NCBI GenBank assembly: GCA_047495785.1
Contig: JBLDXI010000028.1
Span: forward strand, 1,116,001 to 1,180,000
From: Lepidodermella squamata
Lineage: Eukaryota > Animalia > Gastrotricha
DNA length: 64,000 nt
Direction: 5' to 3'
A program made the translations under genes and the position numbers. How positions within the stretch are numbered: position 1 is the first letter of the stretch; every line of letters starts with the position of its first letter. The notes under the pieces are model-generated. The model had not been told where the DNA came from and made no database searches. It saw only the letters and a program-made list of their open reading frames with translations. Below are positions 60,081 through 64,000 of this stretch, one piece after another.

Positions 60081-61048
60081 CCGTCAGTTGGGGCTATTCT
60101 CGGACGGCGAAAAAATGACCCCCTGATTTTTTTTTGCATTTTTACACGTTTCAGAAGGTCCTGGTTCGAATGGCACCAGGATTCCGAATAGCCCCACGGA
60201 TGGGGCTATTAATTATACATAAATATTCAATTCAAATATTACTGATGTGTTGTGTTCAGTGGCCGAGTGGCATTGGATGTGCTTCTAGAAAGCACAGCAA
60301 AGTACAAAACGAGGGTTCGAGTCCAGGCCACGAAACAATTTTTTTCCAAACAAAAGTTGGCATTTTTTTGCAATTATTCGTATGCAGTGCATATCGATGG
60401 TTTTTAGCTTAGTTAGTTTTTAATTAGCAGTAGAAAATTAGCGAATTTTTAATTCATGCCACGTGCACTAGCCTTTCAGAAGTGTGGGTTTATTAAGTAA
60501 TGTTAGCAAAAAACAATCTCTCAGCCGGTTGGCCTAATGAAAAGTTTTACAAATCTCTTAAATTCGAAGTATGCCTCAATTGCTGAGAAACTTATCAACT
60601 TATCAACTACAAAGCTCATTAGAATATTCCAATTCTCTGTTCCGATTGCCCCACAACCTCATTTTTTCGTGGGGCTATTCGGACGCAATTAATTAGACAA
60701 AAGTATGAGTCGGATCGGGTCCGTTATAATTTTCATGGGTGCCCTGTCATCTTTAGGTTCAGAAAAAATTGATCGCAGGTCCAGCAAAATTCTCATCTGG
60801 TCCAGGTAATTCAACGCAGAACAGTGCTTAAATTGAGTTAAACTTACACCTGAAAGGTAAGCCCATATCTTCACAACCACTTACTCTCAGGTCATGAAAT
60901 TCTTATGGCATGTGGGTCATCTTTTCACCTAACTCCGTGCAAAATTTCATTGCTAACGGCCAGGTAGTTTTTGAGCCATGCTCATTCTCCCGTTTGCATG
61001 AACATTCGTCCGAATAGCCCCAATGACCCAGATTACCCCAACTGACGG
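60081..61048. mobile_element. Tc1/mariner-type MITE (TA|CCGTCAGTTGGGG...CCCCAACTGACGG|TA) with internal tRNA-like segment
   Basis: Perfect 13-bp TIR, TA TSD, internal GGGGCTATTC repeats. Confidence 0.85.
60254..60336 (+). other. tRNA-derived (SINE-head-like) sequence with Pol III A and B boxes
   Basis: A box TGGCCGAGTGG (60260-60270), B box GGTTCGAGTCC (60314-60324); no valid cloverleaf. Confidence 0.55.
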
Positions 61049-62909
61049 TACCTTTCGAGTCAGTCAGTGCACACTTGAGTAGTACTTGTTTGTAAAATTG
61101 AGAAATCCACCTTAATAAAACATTATTAGCTCAAATTCAGAGTTTTCAACTTTGCTGCTGTTTCTTCTACACACTTCATGTTCATCATAGAGATCAGATT
61201 AACCAGAGAGCATAGAGAATAGAGTTACCAGAGATGAAACTCCTATTGGAAACTTGAAGTTTTAATTCGTTTTCCGATTTTCTTCAAATTTCATTATGGC
61301 GGATCTTTTCGAAAGTCGCGCATACATGTTTACATGTAAAAAAGGGTGTTTTTCCTCGCACTATACGCAAGCAGCCTACGAAATTTCCTTCGTAAATCGT
61401 TTATATCTGAACTCGCCGCACTCGATTTACTCATCTCAACTCGCCTCCGGTTCGTTTCGATTCGTAAATCTCGGTCGGCTCCGTTCAGATATGAACTCTT
61501 TTTACTCATGTGTAACCATACAAATGTAGAGTTCTCTGATTATTTTGTTGCCGCAATTTGTGTCCGAATCGAAATGAATTCATGCTATTTTGCGCCGTCT
61601 TCGCCAGCAATCAATATTGCTCAGTGTTTTACTCTGTGCTTGTATCATATCAGCCCATATTTCATGATGTTTTTATGACTGATGCCGGGAACATAGAAGT
61701 ATCGGGATGAGTAATCAAAGAATTCGTTTCATAAGATCAGCTATTATTAGATCCAAGATAAAGCTTAGGTTGATGAACTTCTGGTTTATGAGTGGAATGA
61801 AATTCGGAGTGAAATTTATGGGTCGTCGCTAGCTGCACCCGCGCGCTGGGTGCACAGAATTTGCTCGCTACACCCGAGGGTGCAGGATTATAGCTAGTTA
61901 CACGCTAGTTACCGGAAGGTACGCGAAAATAGCTGCGTGCACCCGCATCTGGGTGCGACCATTTTGCTACGTACACCCAATACATTTGATTGGACGGTAA
62001 TGAAATCACAGGTGCATAGAGAAAAACCTCTACACCCACTTGACCGCGCGCGGTGGCTAGAGAGCCATTAATTGCGCGCCAAGGAGTTAATAATCTGTCC
62101 GGTGCCGCTGATCAATGTCATCAGTTCAAGAGTCGAGGCCTTGAAGATAGGGCTGAAAGCGCAGGCCGATTTCCAGTGTGCAAACCGAAAGCAACATCAA
62201 TAGGATTAAGACGGTCGCGAGTTAGGCGCTACACCACCGCTACCTTTCGCTACCATTCGCTCGCGTTCATTAACACCACTAATCAATATTCTCGAGCCGG
62301 TCTTCAATAACCTATTACCGCCCGGCTTCCTGCCTTGAACTCGTGCACCCATTGCTTGATTTTCACCTGGAGATCAGTGTTTCCCTCGTGACCCGCAGAA
62401 TGCACCATGACGGCTATGATTGCACCCGCAGCGCCAGAGTCGGAGCGGAAAAAAAAACAAAGAAAACGTAACCGCCAATCGTCGACTTCAAAGCCGGCTG
62501 CTCAACTTCCGGTGCCCTACTCAGGAGCGTCCGCTTGTTTCCAACTGGGGTGACTGTAGGCAGTGGGGTCACTTTGACACTTGGAGGAATAGTAATTCCT
62601 AATTTCTATTCCCTATTCCCTCAATTCCTATACTCTTTATTCCTATTCCTACAATCACTATTTTCTATTCCTGTAGGCTTTGACATGCCAAAAATCGAAT
62701 ATGGTAAGGTAAAGACCTCGCGAAAGGAGTACCGTGTTGGATCGCCTGGAGGATGGGCAATATAATAATGACATATATGATTTCATATTCAATTAGTCGG
62801 TTTCGGTTTAGCCGTCACCGAAGTTTCAATTAATATTAATATACCGTATTTTTCGAATAAGGGCCGCGGCGACTATTTTCCTGATTTTTGAAAAAGGCCT
62901 AAAAACGCG

Positions 62910-63769
62910 GCGCTTTCGCGGATGATGGAACTTTAATAGGTATGAGTCATGAAGAAATTAAATTATTATTGGATGTTTTCAATAAGGCATGTACGGAGCT
63001 AGGCTTGAAAATCAGCATTAGTAAAACACAATACATGGTGATCGGTGAGGATAGAAACTACCAACTTGAATTAGACGGCAAGCTTTTGGAAAAAGTGACG
63101 TCTTTCAAATATTTAGTAAGCATCATCACTTCTGACGGGAAAATGGACGAGGAGATCAAGGCACGCATAGCGAAAGCTGGCGGCTGCTTTGGTGCCCTCA
63201 ATAAACTTATGTGTAATAGAAAACACGTGAGCTTAGCTACGAAATTGAAAGTCCTTAAATGCGTTGTTATTCCTACCGTCACCTATGCCTGCGAAACCTG
63301 GAACCTGACCACCCAACAAGAGCAAAGGTTAAATGTCACCTTTATGCGATGGCTTAGAACAATTATGGGTCTGTTTAGGACAGATTATATTCCTAATGTT
63401 GATATTAGACTGATCTGCGACGTAATGGAATTGAGTAAATTGATTGAAAAATTTCGTCTGAAATATTTTGGCCATATAATTCGACAGGACGAATATGACC
63501 CTGAAAGTCTCACGAGTATTATGTATTATTGGAAAGCAGTCGACCCGAGTTGGTACTTGCCTCGCGGCAGGCCGCCAACCCGATGGTCTGACTGCCTCCG
63601 AAGAAGCCTTCTAAAAATCGGAATTTTTTATATACATGAAAAACGTATCAGGGATCCTAATGAACCTAAAAAACGAGGGCGACCCCGTAAATCAACCTTA
63701 TTGATGCGACGCATCGAAATTCACAAAATTGCGGATTTAGAATTGGCGGAAGTAACAGCTAGAAGCTAG
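62910..63769 (+). mobile_element. RTE-clade LINE RT C-terminal fragment
   Basis: FADDG, GLKIS.SKT, FKYL.S, EIKARIAKA, TYACETW, RLKYFGHI.R, RGRPPTRW. Confidence 0.9.
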
Positions 63770-63791
63770 AGACCGGGAAGAATGGCAACTA

Positions 63792-64000
63792 CCGTAAATT
63801 GGGGCAAAATGGCCGCGGGAAAAAAATGACCCCCTGTTTTTTTCGCATTTTTACACGTTTCAGAGGGTCCTGATTCCGATTTTATAGGAAGCTCATTTTG
63901 CCCCAGGTTTGGGGCAAATTGGACAGGTGTTTTGGGGCTAATTGGCCACCCTTATCCTTATAATGGGTTTTTAATATTTGATGATTGTGAGGGTTGAATG
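63792..64000. mobile_element. MITE of the same family as 60081-61048 (left end, truncated by the window edge)
   Basis: TA|CCGTAAATTGGGG; GAAAAAATGACCCCCTG..CATTTTTACACGTTTCAGA shared with 60109-60170. Confidence 0.8.

Overview
Eukaryotic (invertebrate animal-like) genomic DNA with short (~50-60 nt) GT-AG introns. The first ~47 kb is very gene-dense: ATP6V0E-BYSL-COPS2-METTL24-AMT (+), a single-exon kinase, a cathepsin pseudogene, an L2/CR1 LINE, FAHD2a-FAHD2b-PREP (-), SMNDC1-GOSR2 (+), TMEM70-PPIB-PPIB2 (-), CtIP/RBBP8 (+), a DEG/ENaC channel and an orphan ORF (-), and a secreted EGF+GAIN protein (+). Co-oriented genes lie as little as ~75-140 nt apart, often with a splice acceptor just before the ATG, which suggests operons resolved by trans-splicing. 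The 4.1-kb GC-AG intron 2 of prolyl oligopeptidase hides an antisense two-gene cassette: a hydrophobic 9-Cys peptide ending in APTP and a signal-peptide-bearing ankyrin protein rich in N-glycosylation sequons, next to a MULE remnant. The last ~17 kb is dominated by MITEs and a fragmented RTE-like LINE. It also holds an atypical nuclear receptor and a Crinkler-like kinase + PD-(D/E)XK nuclease locus. Gene models were spliced by hand from the sequence; no database searches were run.
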